Source: Barthelona sp. PAP020 (Eukaryota). From it: DNA of 64,000 nucleotides. The notes under the pieces were generated by a model. That model was not told where the DNA came from, did no database searches, and worked only from the letters and a program-made list of their open reading frames with translations. The translations under genes and the position numbers were made by a program. This document shows positions 1-12,100 of this stretch, one piece after another (within the stretch, counting starts at the first letter, position 1; each line of letters opens with the position of its first letter). Where the stretch lies: positions 1 to 64,000 of the forward strand of contig JARQWU010000022.1 in assembly GCA_040182905.1 (NCBI GenBank), written 5' to 3'.

Positions 1-11
1 TGTTTAAATAC
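1..11 (-). other. 5' part of a spliceosomal intron in SRP54 (runs off the left edge of the window)
   Basis: Minus strand reads GAA G|GTATTTAAACA. Read-through hits TAA two codons later. The GTATT donor matches the three complete introns in the window. Confidence 0.75.
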
Positions 12-87
12 CTTCATCAACTTCAGATCTTGACTGTAAATGTCTTAAAGTTCTGGTGATTTTATCACCAAGCTCATGTAAGACCAT
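12..87 (-). CDS. SRP54: Signal recognition particle 54 kDa protein, exon 1 (partial gene)
   Basis: My translation is MVLHELGDKITRTLRHLQSRSEVDE, which matches the SRP54 N-terminus (MVLxxLGxKITxxLRxL). A T-tract precedes the ATG. Not in the ORF track. Confidence 0.8.
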
Positions 88-211
88 AATGGCAAAAAAA
101 AAATCCTTCACCATTTACAGTTCATTTTATTTGAATTCAAAATATTTTTTTTTGTTAAATCCTTTTTAAATTTCGAATTTGTGATAGAAATATTGAGGAT
201 TACTTTTGCTT

Positions 212-2131
212 ATGAATATTTTACAACAATCTGAAACATTTGGATTGTCGAATCGTGTATCTGATTTACATATTCAGGTTCAAAATGGAGTCATCACTGG
301 AAATCAAGCATTCGAGCAATTAATGGAAAAATATCAAAACGATAAACGAAATCAAGCTGTTAGAACTCCCCCTATAAAAAAAGATGTTTCAAAAACAATT
401 AAAAATACACCTTCAAATTTATTTATACATAATAGCTTTAATAATACTCCACCTGTTTTCTCCTCTTCGTATGTGGAATATGAAGATGAGTTTGATGAGT
501 TTGATGAATTTGAAGATTTACCTATTCCAAATGAACCCCCACCTTTGCCACCAAACGATATTGAACGTTTGTTGGCTTCAACTGATGTAATGATTGATAA
601 ACACTCGAAAGAAGAAATAATAAATAGTTTTGATCAGGAATATAATGATTCAGATGAAGAATTCTTTAGTTTCAATAATTTTCAAAAGCAATTGAGTTTG
701 GAAGATTTGGCCTCTTTTGATGGATTCAATGCAACTTCTTATTTACGGGCTTTTGATGAAACAAAATTGGTTAAAAATACACCTATTGTGGCACAAACAC
801 GGCGTTTAGCAAATAGAGCAACTTTACATAAAAAAAAATTTGATAAAGTTGTGAAAAAAGTTGAAGATAATTTCAAAGATACTTGTACTTTTCATCCAAA
901 GATTAATAAATTGAAAAATTATCCATCTAAATCAAGGGAAGAAGTGCATGATCGTCTGTATCGTTTAGCTGCAAAACAAGCAGAAGAATTAAGTTATAAG
1001 AGAAAAATGAAGAGATTAAATAATATTCGTGCCGAAGAAGAGATAATACAAAGATTAAATTCAAAAAAATTGTCAAAAGAAGAAGAATCTCGATTAGTGA
1101 AACGTTTATTGAATGTAAATAATGAACAGTCTCGTCCTTATCCACCATCTTATGAAACAAAATATAATTTCCAACCTAAAATCAATGAAAAATCAAAAAA
1201 AATCAGTTCCAAATTTATGAATACAACAAAATCCAAAAGAACAATAAAAAATACTGAAAAATATACATTTCAACCAACAATTAATGAAGCTAATATTGAA
1301 AATAATCCTTGTTTGCGTGGTTATTTGAAACAAAATGCATTTGAAAGGTTATCTAAAAATTCAAACACTTTGAAGAAAATTATCCCCGTGAATATCTCAG
1401 ATAGTGAAAAATTTACTGTTTTTGACGATATTGAGGATTTTGAATCCAAAAAATCACTTAGTACTGAAGATTGGTCTGCTTTTCTCACTAGACAGAATCA
1501 ATTATTAAAAGATAAGGAAAGAAACAGATATTTAAAGCATTTTGATATTGAACAAGAGATATCATATGCACCTGAGATTACAGAGATGGCAAAAAATGTT
1601 AATAATGATTTGCCTGTACATGATCGTCTTTTTTCTCAAGCACAAACTAATTTTCCTGTTGAAATTACATCTGATGATATTAATTGTACATTTGTTCCAT
1701 CAATAAATGAAAATTCAAGAAAAATTGCAGAATCTAAAGGTGTAAGTGACATAAATTTATATGAACGGGGAAAAATGTTACAGTTAAAAAGAAACCAACA
1801 AAAGGAAACATTGGAAACCGAACTACTGCAGCATATGCCATTTGAACCTGATTTGGTAATGACCAAATCAAAGTATGATCGTGTCAAACCAACATTGAGA
1901 TTGGATCAGGATGTTAAAGCATATATATTTGAATTAAATTCAAAAGAAAAGAGAAAAAAAGATATTCTTCATCAAAAGAAGTTAGAAGAGGTTACAAAAC
2001 AGAATGAAGAATGTACTTTTCACCCAGAAATCCATGAAGCACCTGAGTATGTTGTCGATGTTGTTCGAGAACTTTTGGAAAAAAGAGGTCCACGAACACC
2101 TTTGAAATATAAAAAAGAATGGAGATCTTGA
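212..2131 (+). CDS. Repeat-containing, probably cytoskeletal protein (xTFxPxIN / HDRL repeats)
   Basis: Long ORF, first ATG at 212. About seven (C/Y)xFxPxI(N)-like motifs, several followed by VHDRL/FERL motifs, plus coiled-coil-like stretches. Confidence 0.75.
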   Translation: MNILQQSETFGLSNRVSDLHIQVQNGVITGNQAFEQLMEKYQNDKRNQAVRTPPIKKDVSKTIKNTPSNLFIHNSFNNTPPVFSSSYVEYEDEFDEFDEFEDLPIPNEPPPLPPNDIERLLASTDVMIDKHSKEEIINSFDQEYNDSDEEFFSFNNFQKQLSLEDLASFDGFNATSYLRAFDETKLVKNTPIVAQTRRLANRATLHKKKFDKVVKKVEDNFKDTCTFHPKINKLKNYPSKSREEVHDRLYRLAAKQAEELSYKRKMKRLNNIRAEEEIIQRLNSKKLSKEEESRLVKRLLNVNNEQSRPYPPSYETKYNFQPKINEKSKKISSKFMNTTKSKRTIKNTEKYTFQPTINEANIENNPCLRGYLKQNAFERLSKNSNTLKKIIPVNISDSEKFTVFDDIEDFESKKSLSTEDWSAFLTRQNQLLKDKERNRYLKHFDIEQEISYAPEITEMAKNVNNDLPVHDRLFSQAQTNFPVEITSDDINCTFVPSINENSRKIAESKGVSDINLYERGKMLQLKRNQQKETLETELLQHMPFEPDLVMTKSKYDRVKPTLRLDQDVKAYIFELNSKEKRKKDILHQKKLEEVTKQNEECTFHPEIHEAPEYVVDVVRELLEKRGPRTPLKYKKEWRS

Positions 2132-2351
2132 TGTATTTAAAGGACAATTATTCTCTATGAATAAATTTTTAGTTATTTTTTGTTGATTTTCATTTTGCTT
2201 TTGGGGGAAATTGATGATAAAAGTGTAAACCCCTTCTAAATCTTTTTTGAGATGAGCTAGTTAAAGTAATTTGTCTCTTTTTGATTAACAAAATAATTAC
2301 AGTATGTTGAAAGAATGAAAGAGAAGGGAATTTCTTTTTTTTTTTACCATT

Positions 2352-3014
2352 ATGGAACCGGAAGTTGACTATTCGAAGCATTTACCTGTTAATCATACGG
2401 TTACATTGGGTAATATTCAAAAATTTGTGAATGAATTAGTGTCTTTTGTTAATATATTTGGTAATAATTGTGAAAAGTCTTTACAAGCAATTAATGAACG
2501 GATATTTACAGTTTCTTGTAAGTTAGATATATTGGAATCTAAGCTACAATCTGTTCAAGGAACTGCAGGAGGTCAATTTTCAACTTCACAAAATGTCAAT
2601 AATATTTCTTCACAAAATACAACTGTTGATGTCATTGCAACATCTACAAATCCACCCTCAGGTCCACCAACAAATCCAACATCAGGTCCCATTGGACCAC
2701 CTTCTGGACCTCCATCAGGACCTCCATTAGGCCCACCGTCTGGCCCACCATTAGGACCACCAGGTCCTCCCACTGGCCTTCCTCCTCCTCCAATGTTAGA
2801 TGATGAGTCAGATTCGGAGGAAGAGGATCCTGAAGAGTTAGCAAGAAGAGAATATGAAGAAGAACTTTTGGAAGAATATGGCAGATTTATTAAAATTCTT
2901 AAAGTTGGTGGGTCTCCTGATCAAGTCAGAAGTCAATTGAACGTGTCAGGTGTTGAGGAAAAAACAATAGAGAATATTTTTAGGTTGTCTGAGGGTTTAC
3001 CTGTTGAATTGTAA
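2352..3014 (+). CDS. WASHC3: WASH complex subunit 3 (CCDC53)
   Basis: N-terminal coiled coil (FVNIFGNNCEKSL...KLDILESKLQSV), central Pro-rich GPPSGPP repeats, and C-terminal YGRFIKILKVG motif typical of CCDC53. Confidence 0.85.
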   Translation: MEPEVDYSKHLPVNHTVTLGNIQKFVNELVSFVNIFGNNCEKSLQAINERIFTVSCKLDILESKLQSVQGTAGGQFSTSQNVNNISSQNTTVDVIATSTNPPSGPPTNPTSGPIGPPSGPPSGPPLGPPSGPPLGPPGPPTGLPPPPMLDDESDSEEEDPEELARREYEEELLEEYGRFIKILKVGGSPDQVRSQLNVSGVEEKTIENIFRLSEGLPVEL

Positions 3015-3157
3015 ATTAATAGTATTATTTGTTTTATTTTTGCTTTTTGAGAGCTTTAAATTTGTTTTTTTTTGTGACCAATGCTTAGAAACAAAAGAAA
3101 TAAAATCAAATTAAATTTTTTTTTTGTGATTATAATAATAATATTTTGTGTTAATTA

Positions 3158-6100
3158 ATGGCAGAGTTATTGAAATATCCCAGAGAAATTGTTTTTAAAA
3201 ATGTAGAAGAAGGAAAAACTTATGAAAGGACATTCACAATACAGAATTTAGCCGGTTACAGTCGTAAAATACGGTGTAGACCTATCCCAAACAATTTATT
3301 TCTTGTAAAACAAACTCCTTTTAGTCTCATTGCATCGGGATTAAATTTGACTGTTACTGTAACTTATAATTGTCGGTCAACTCGAGTTGTTAAGGACCGT
3401 TTGATTGTTACCTCACCAGTGGATGCGAATAAAGTTGAAATTATTGAAATATCTATTGTTGCAATACCTGTTCAACCCGCCATAGAATTTCCATCTTTCC
3501 TTGATTTTGGTACTACCTTACTACATTCCACTCCTGTTGTTGAATTTGAGGTGAAGAATAATTCCAAACAGAGTGGAGAATTATCTATTAATAATGATCC
3601 TCTAAGTGGATTATCGTTCGAACCTTTACATGTAAAATTACCACCACAGTCAAGTAGAATGGTGAAAGTTAGTTTTAACCCGACTGATTTGGGAGTATTT
3701 CGTTCGTATGTTCCTGTTAGTATTGGTGGAAGTGTGAGTGATTTGGGAATTGACATTGCTGCTGATGTAACCGATCAAAATATATGTTTACTTGATTCAA
3801 ATGATAACATGCTGGAGTTTATCAATATTGGGACAGTTTTTGAAGGAGAGGCGTTAATGAAGAAAGTTAAATTTGTTAATAATGGACCTATTCCCATCCA
3901 ATATCAAAATTCCTTTGTAAATCTAGGAAAAGATGATTTGGATAGTTTTGAAATATTTGAAATTAATAATTATGAAGGTATTATTGATCCACATTCTCAT
4001 TTGATATTTAATATTACGATTCATCCAAAATTAACTGTTCCTGATTCTCATACTCAACTTTTGAATTGTGGATTTAAGTTGTCATATAAACCAAAGGATA
4101 AACAAGATGATATTATTCAACAACGGTTAGTTAACGATATTCTAATTCCAATCGATGGAAAAGTGATCAAACCAAATATCATTTGCAGTTCAAATTATTT
4201 CAAATTCAATCCAATTAAAGTTCATGAAAAGGTTGAACAAATTTTTACGATCAGAAATGAAAATCCTGATATTTCTCTTGAATATGCATTTCTTGATGCA
4301 AAAAGTCATCCATCCATTGAAAATATCAGTTCTGATATTTTAAAAGTTCCAAGAAATTTGCCACAAATATATTTTAAACCAATGGTTGGCAAACTTGATC
4401 CTTTACAAGAGAAACAAGTTGTAGTTGGATTTTCCCCGAATAATTTGTTGCCAAAACAATTGCTTAACGTGTTATTAGTTGGTTTTGCTCGTAAAAGGGC
4501 AATTTTTTCCAGTAAATTATCTTTTGAGCTTAGTACCAGTGGTGTTGATCATGATAGCACAAAGAAGCGTTTAGATTTTATTAAACAAGGAGTGAATAGA
4601 ACCCATAAAGATTTTATCGCTCAAGAAATTCCACAACATCCTACAATTGATGAACAGTTAGAATTGAGTATCAAACAAGCTGAAACTATTATGAACACAA
4701 CTCCTAAGTTAGCTTTGGATTTGTATGCGAAAGAGTTAACATCTGTAATGGACCAACAAAAACAACCCGTTAGTACCTTCAGAAGAAAATATTATCATGA
4801 GCGAAATCCTGAAGAATTTGATTTTAGCTCACCAAGAACTCAAAAGATGGTAACCATGTTGGAAAAACGTAGAGATGATAGGAAAAAATATGATGATGTT
4901 GTGAGAAATGCTTGGAAAAACAAGAAAAAATCAAAGCAATTTGATGATAATGAGGTTCAGTTAGGTTTTGATAATTTTGCTATGATGAAAGAACCAAAAG
5001 TTGAAACAATGCCAATGGAATCCAAATTGCAGCTGTTATCTGAACAAGAAAAATTAGAACAGTTTAGAGCGAAGAAAGCTTATTTATTAGACAATGTTAA
5101 TGATGTGGTTGATAAATGTTGGCCTGAATCTTCAAATGATAATGGAGTTTTGAATCAAATTTCAAAACCTTTGAATGTTGGGGACAATAGAATTCTTCAC
5201 ACAAATTTGAATCTTTCATTTGGTAGAGTTGTCATTGGACAAAAATTAGCAAAATCTTTTAACTTTTTAAACATTGGTACTGAACATGTTGCTATTGAAT
5301 TGAGTTATTCTCATGTTAGAGAAATATTAAATGAAGTCAATGGTCATCCTGTACAAACTAGGCAAATAGTTCCACCCAATGAAATGGCTTTCTTTGCGTT
5401 GCATTTTTGTTCGAATGATTTGGGACCTTTATCACGTAAAGTAATGGTAAAGTACAATGGTCAACCTGCATTTGACATAGTTATCACTGCTGAGGTTGTT
5501 TCAATAGAAATTCAGCATTCTCCCTCCAGTATTGAATTTAATTTCGACAACTTACCCTCACAATTAAAAGAATATTCACAAACTTTGGTATTTACAAATA
5601 TGACCAGTTCTGAAACAACCATTAAATGGTTAAATATGGAAGGTATTGATAAAGAAGAGCAAAATCAAAAAGTGATTCCTGTATTACCAGCACCTTCCAC
5701 TGATAATGGAATTTTGAGTGATATTTTCTATGAGATGCGAACAGGAGGATCTAGTGGTTACAGATATTTTTATGCTTTCATAAGTGGCATTAATTCTGTT
5801 GGAGAAGCTGTATTATCTCCTTATGGCAGTATTGAAGTCAAAGTTAGCTTTAGACCAGGTATTCCTTCGACTTATTCTGAGGTTTTATTTTTTTCCATTG
5901 CTGGAAATACTGTTGAAGTTCCTGTATCTGCAAGTTTGAGTAGAAGTATAGTTCATCCTATGTGTAACACATTGGATATTGGTGTTGTTGGTGTTGGTAT
6001 CAAACATCATGCCAATATAGTTTTGAGAAATCAGGGAGAAAATCGTCCATTCTTTTTGATAGACACCAGATTTTTACCGCCATTTTTAAAAATTGATTCT

Positions 6101-9100
6101 TTCTATGGTACATTAGAACCTGGTGAAGTAAAAGAAATTCCCATTGATTTCCTCACTGAACAATCAATTTCAATTGATGGAAGAAAGGCCGTTTCACAAT
6201 ATAGACGTCAAACTGTTTCTTCTCAAATATCTTTTAATGATCTTGTACACTTAAATACGTGTTTGGTTGATGATTTATTACCTCCTCAAGACAGTAAAAT
6301 GTTGCAAAAGATGTTTAACATTATGGAAAGGTTGTTTAGTTCTGCTGTTCGTATTTATGTTTTTGGTCTTACTGTTCCTAAGTTTTTTGATTTACCAATA
6401 ATTGCTGAGGGATTATCACCCAAGATCAAAGCTTCATGTGAACAAATCATTTTTAATTCTGTCAAAATGGGCAGTACTTCAACAAAATATGTTAATTTGA
6501 TCAATGAATCTTCAATGCAAGCTGTGTTGTTTGTTGATTTTGGAGATCAATCAGAGTTTTCGGTTTTGCCATTGCCAGACCAATTTGATGATGATGAACA
6601 TATTTGGGATGGCAGCGAAATTCAAGAAAACAATTCTCGAATCAGTAGTGTATCTCGAGAAAATGTTGATGATTTGGATAGTTTTAGATCTCTTAACAAA
6701 GTAGGAAAACAATTAAATAAAGATCCTTTTGCGTATTATGACATTGCAGAAATTCCTGATTTTTCTTTAAGCGAAGAAGAAGAAGAGGAATTGAACAGTT
6801 TTGATAAAGTTAGATTGTATATACCTGCAAATGGTAGTATAACGTTTTGCTTGCGTTATTTTGCAAAATCGCTTTCCAAACACAGATTCTTATTACCTGT
6901 TTCATTTCCTGGATTTGGGAATGATGTGCTTGATGTTCCTGAGATTATTGCAGATACAAAACCAACCAATATCATTTTGAATAAATGTGAGGTTATTTTT
7001 GGAAGCAAAGTTTTCTTAAAGCAAAATTTAAGAACACCATTATATGAAGAGAGTATTATTTTGACAAATTCAGGATCAGAAGAATTTGAAATTGGAACTT
7101 ATATTTTTGATAAAAATAATAACAGACAATTGATGAATGTTCCTGAATTTGGACACATTCAAATTGACAATATTCCATCTTTCCTTGTTTCTGTTGATTC
7201 TATTGTAATTCCTTCCAAGAGTTCTGCAAAACTTACTTTTAGCTTCTATCCTTTAGATGTTAAAAATTATCAACAGAAAGTTTATATTGGTTTGAAAGAT
7301 GATTTGAAAGAAAATATGAGTGAGATTCATCTTCAAGGGTTTGGTTTAGCGCCTTTCCTTCGTTTTAATCCAATTCAATTGAATTTACCCCCTATTCCCC
7401 TTGGTGTTGAACTTTCTACTGTATTTACAATTGAAAATATTGGATTTGAAAATGATGAAGTTGTTTGTGTATTGCCAAATGATAAGACACATTTTCCGTT
7501 CAAGATCGAGTTTTTAGGGTCTCAATTATTAAATGCATCAAATTCCATTGTACCTGTCAAACTTTCCTTGAGATCTGATCGTCCATTATCTTTCAGTGTT
7601 TTATTTTCCTTCAATATAACTTCAAAAAATATTTCTTTCCCTTTCAGGATTACTGGAGCTTGTGATAATTCTATTCTGACGATTGAATCTTTTGTCAGAC
7701 ATTTTGGTCCTCAAACTGATTCCTTTGAAATTATTAAGGATAAGATTGGTATTCCAAAAGTTTTGGCACCACAAGGCTTTATCATTGGACAATCATCCAA
7801 AAGTTTCAAAAAGCTTGAAGATCTATTAAAAACTTTCCCAAGAAGTTTTGACCAAGTTTCTTCAGCTATTGGCAATCCTACATTAAGCACTATTCAACCA
7901 CAATTACCTGTATTTTCTGAAACTTTGGAAAACCATAATGATTTGGCTGATTGTTTGGTCAAATTTTTAGGAAGTGTTTCAAATCAAACTTTGAATTCAA
8001 CAGATTTCCCACAATTGTTTTATGGTGGAAAAGTTTTAGCTTCACTTACTGAAGATTTGATTGGAGGTAATATTCCTGACATGTCCAGAACATTTTTACA
8101 GTCCAGTCATCCTCCTATTGCAAGTAAACATGGAGATCCTTTAGTGGCAGAAACTGAATGGTTGTGTTCACAAATCAATTGCATCTTAACAAGTTTGAAA
8201 TCATATGGTTGTTTGTTAAATCATGTGAAACCTGAATATCTCTTAACACCAAAACAATTTATTTTTGTGAGTTTAAAGGAATTTTTCGAAAGTTTACCTA
8301 AAAATTTTTATGTTTCAAAGAGTTTTAAGAAATCTATTGAAAGTTATTACATTGATGCTGCACCTATTTTAACAAAATGTTCATGGTTGATTGTATTATT
8401 ACAAATTGCCAAGATATTTGGCATTCAAACGTTGAAACCCAATCTAATTAAGAAACAAATGATTGATTCTGTTAAAGGGTTGCATAACAATGAAGCGTTG
8501 ATAAACTATATTAGTCAACCATTATATCAAAGTAACATAATGTCAATTCAAGAAATTTCACTCTTGAAATGGATTAATGTTCATTTGAAAATGTTTAAGC
8601 TTAATAATCCTGGAACTATTGATGGTTATCCTTTAGTTACCAATTTTTCAACATCCCTTATAGATTGTGTTGCTATTTCTGCTGTTATTCATCATTATAT
8701 TCCAGCACTTCGAAACAAATTATCATCAATTTTTATTAATTATAGAGATTTGAAAGAACTTGATCAAGAATATTCCTTTGAACAGTGTAAAGAGAATATA
8801 AATATTGTTTTACAAGCTTTAGAACATGTTGGTATATCAAAATTTACCACTGCTGATGTATTGTTGTTACAATCGAATAGAATAATGTTATTGTTTGTAT
8901 ATATTTTGTTTCAATTAATTCCATTATATTCTTTGTCTAGTACCATTGAATTTTCTGCTGGAATCAATGAAACATGTACAAAGGTGATTGAAGTGTCAAA
9001 TCCTTCAACTTTAACTGTGAATTACAGACAAGAATTTTTGTATAATATTCATCAAAATTTCAAATTGATGGATCCAAACACAAACAAATCTGTTGGTAGA

Positions 9101-12100
9101 ATTATTACCTTGAAACCTAAATCTTCTTTAACTTTAGATTTGCAATTCAAGTCTAAATTTAGCACAAATGGAAAGGACACATTAGCATTTTATCCCGTAT
9201 CTACAGAAGGAAATCATCATGCAGCACCTTTAATTTTTGATTTATATTATAAAACTAAGAAACCTATCCCTTCATTCTATATAAAGAAAAATGTTCAATT
9301 GTATGAAAAACAATCTCATGAAATCAATTTGGAAGCTGATGTTTTAAAAGCTTTAGATTTGTTTGGGTCCACAATAAATGTTGACAAAGAATCATCTTTT
9401 GATGCAGATATCAGATCATCTCAATTTAATATCAGTACCAGTCAAGTATTTTTGTCTTTCCAATTGTTTGAAAAATTGGAAAAAATTCGTCAATCGAAAA
9501 GATTTAATTTGGGCACAGAGAATAAATTTTTATCTACCTATTTTAAAGATAATAGCGTTTCTGACAATTTATCTGTGGAAGAAATAGAGAAGATTGAGCA
9601 AATTTTAGAGAATGAAAAATGTTTTGACAGATCTGGTAATTTAAATATCCCCATGAATATTGAGGAAAAGGATGTTTTCTTTATTCAAACTTTATTACCT
9701 GTTATCCAATTAAGAAGCCGTAATATTTTGTTGGTAAAGAACGAAGATGTTACATTCCCTGTTATTCTATGTCCATTATTCTTTGGTTGTTATTTTGTGG
9801 ATATACTATTCCATTCTACTGCGTATGGAGAATTTTCTGTCAGATTAGAAATTCAAACTTCATATCCATCAGTGTCTCAATTATTTTCAAAGACTTTTGA
9901 AGGGCAAAAGATCCATAATGAAAGACTGGATATTCCTTATCACAATGTTCTTTTAGAAAATGCTTTAATTGATAATCCTTTGGCTAATAAAGTTTTCAGT
10001 AAGATATTTAGTGAGAAAGAACCCAGGTTTTTCAATTATGGAGTATATTGGAACTCTAATTATTTCAAATCACCAAGTATGATGCATATATTCCAACCAA
10101 ATGGTATTGAAAGAGATTTGGAAATGAAATTTAGAAGAAGTCTACCTTTGAAGGTTCAAGAGAATATTAAGGGTAAAAATGGTTTGGATGTCAGTTTTAC
10201 AGCTACTGAAGCAGGTACATATCGTTCTACATTGGTTTTACTTTCAAATTTTGATATTCGTTTGTATAGTTTTGAATATTACAGAAAACAACATGGTGTT
10301 ATTGCCACAATTGAATTTACCAGTTCAGCTTTCCAATCAATCACACAGAGTATTCCAATTACAAACAGTTCATCCATTGATTGGTTACTAAATGTTAAAT
10401 TAGATGATGGTCCATTTAGTTGTAAGCATGAACTTAAATTGAAAGCTAAAACTACAGCAAATCTTGATCTAGAGTTTAGACCATTATGGTTAGGTACTTT
10501 TAATTCAACAGTTCAATTAATTAATCAACAGACAAACGAAACATTTACTTATAATCTTATTGGTATTGGTTTAGCACCAGAACCTATTGGAACTGTGACT
10601 TTCGAAGCCGAAGTAAGAATTCCAAGGGAAAGAGAATTGAAAATAGAAAATCCTTTCCGTCAATCTGTTGTTGTTCAATTGGAAACTGATTCAGATGCTA
10701 TTACGGGTGAGCCCACCCTTCGTTTGAATTCTGGAATGAACACATATCCTATAATAATTACTGCCAAGTCAGAAGGTCGTTCTGTATGTCAACTCAGATT
10801 TACAACTGAGGACAAACGTTATTTTGTTTATAATGTAATAATAATGGCCAAGTCTGGCAAAGCTATTGAAAGTATTCCAATTCAATGTACAATCAGACAA
10901 GCCACTGAAGTTGTTCTATCTTTACATAATCCTTTACCTAAACCTTTAATGTTTAATGTTCGGTCTGAGGGTTTGGGATTGTTTTGTCCCAACTCCATCA
11001 CCCTGGATTCCAAGACTGATTGTGAGTTTGTTGTTACTTACTCACCTCTTGTAGTTGGCAAATCAACTGGCAAAGTTATTTTTTCAAATGATGCGATGGG
11101 AGAATTCTATTATGATTTTAGTCTGGCTGCTCTTCCTTGTGAGCCAATTAATATTCCTTTAATGACTTCAACTATTGGTCGTTGTGTATTTGTGGAAAGT
11201 TCCATTTATAATCCTTGTGATGAAGAGGTTATTTTGGACATCAACAGAGAAGAAGCCATGAACTTCTTTGTTATTCCTGTCAACTCTAACATTGATGGTA
11301 ATACATTCATTGGAATCCCTTCACAAGATCATTTGACAAATATAATAGTATCTCCCTTTACTGAGCTAAAGTTCTTTTTGATTTATCAACCTTCTGATGT
11401 TAATGTTGTGCAACCAGGAATAATCAGGTTCAATTCTTCAATAATTGGTGAATTTGTGTATCATTTGGAAGGTATTGCTCATCCTCCTCAACCTTTTGAT
11501 CCAATTGAACTGGAAACGGAATTTGATGACAGACAACTTCATGAAATACCCTTTAGAAATCCTTTTGCCTATCCTGTTCTGGCCAAAATTTCAATTGATG
11601 CGAATCCATATTTAAATATTATAACTCCATCCAAAACTCAAAAATTATCATCTTTTGGAACGTTAATAGTTTCAGTATCAACATATTCCAAAGAAATGAA
11701 GAGTCATAATTTGACTATTTGTGTTGAAACTTCCATTGTTGAAAGCCCTGATCAAATAACCAGATGGGAATTGCCTATTGTTTTGCAAACCATTAAATCT
11801 TATAATTTGGCAAAAGATTCTTTCAATTTTGATGTTGTAGCTCGAACAAGAAATAAAAAAGTCATTCAACCACAATTAGAACACTTCTTCTTTTGGAATG
11901 CTGAATCTGAACAAGAAATTTCTCCCACTTTTAAAAGGGTTAATATAAAGTTATTGACCAATGTGGACCCTCAAACTTCTGTTGAACATGCCAGATTGAT
12001 CAACACTTCGATGAATATCAAACCAGTTGAAGTTGGTATTTATCCTGATAAAGACCCTCAATTGACCATTTTGTTTGAGCCTTTGAAGAGTTTCAGTGGA

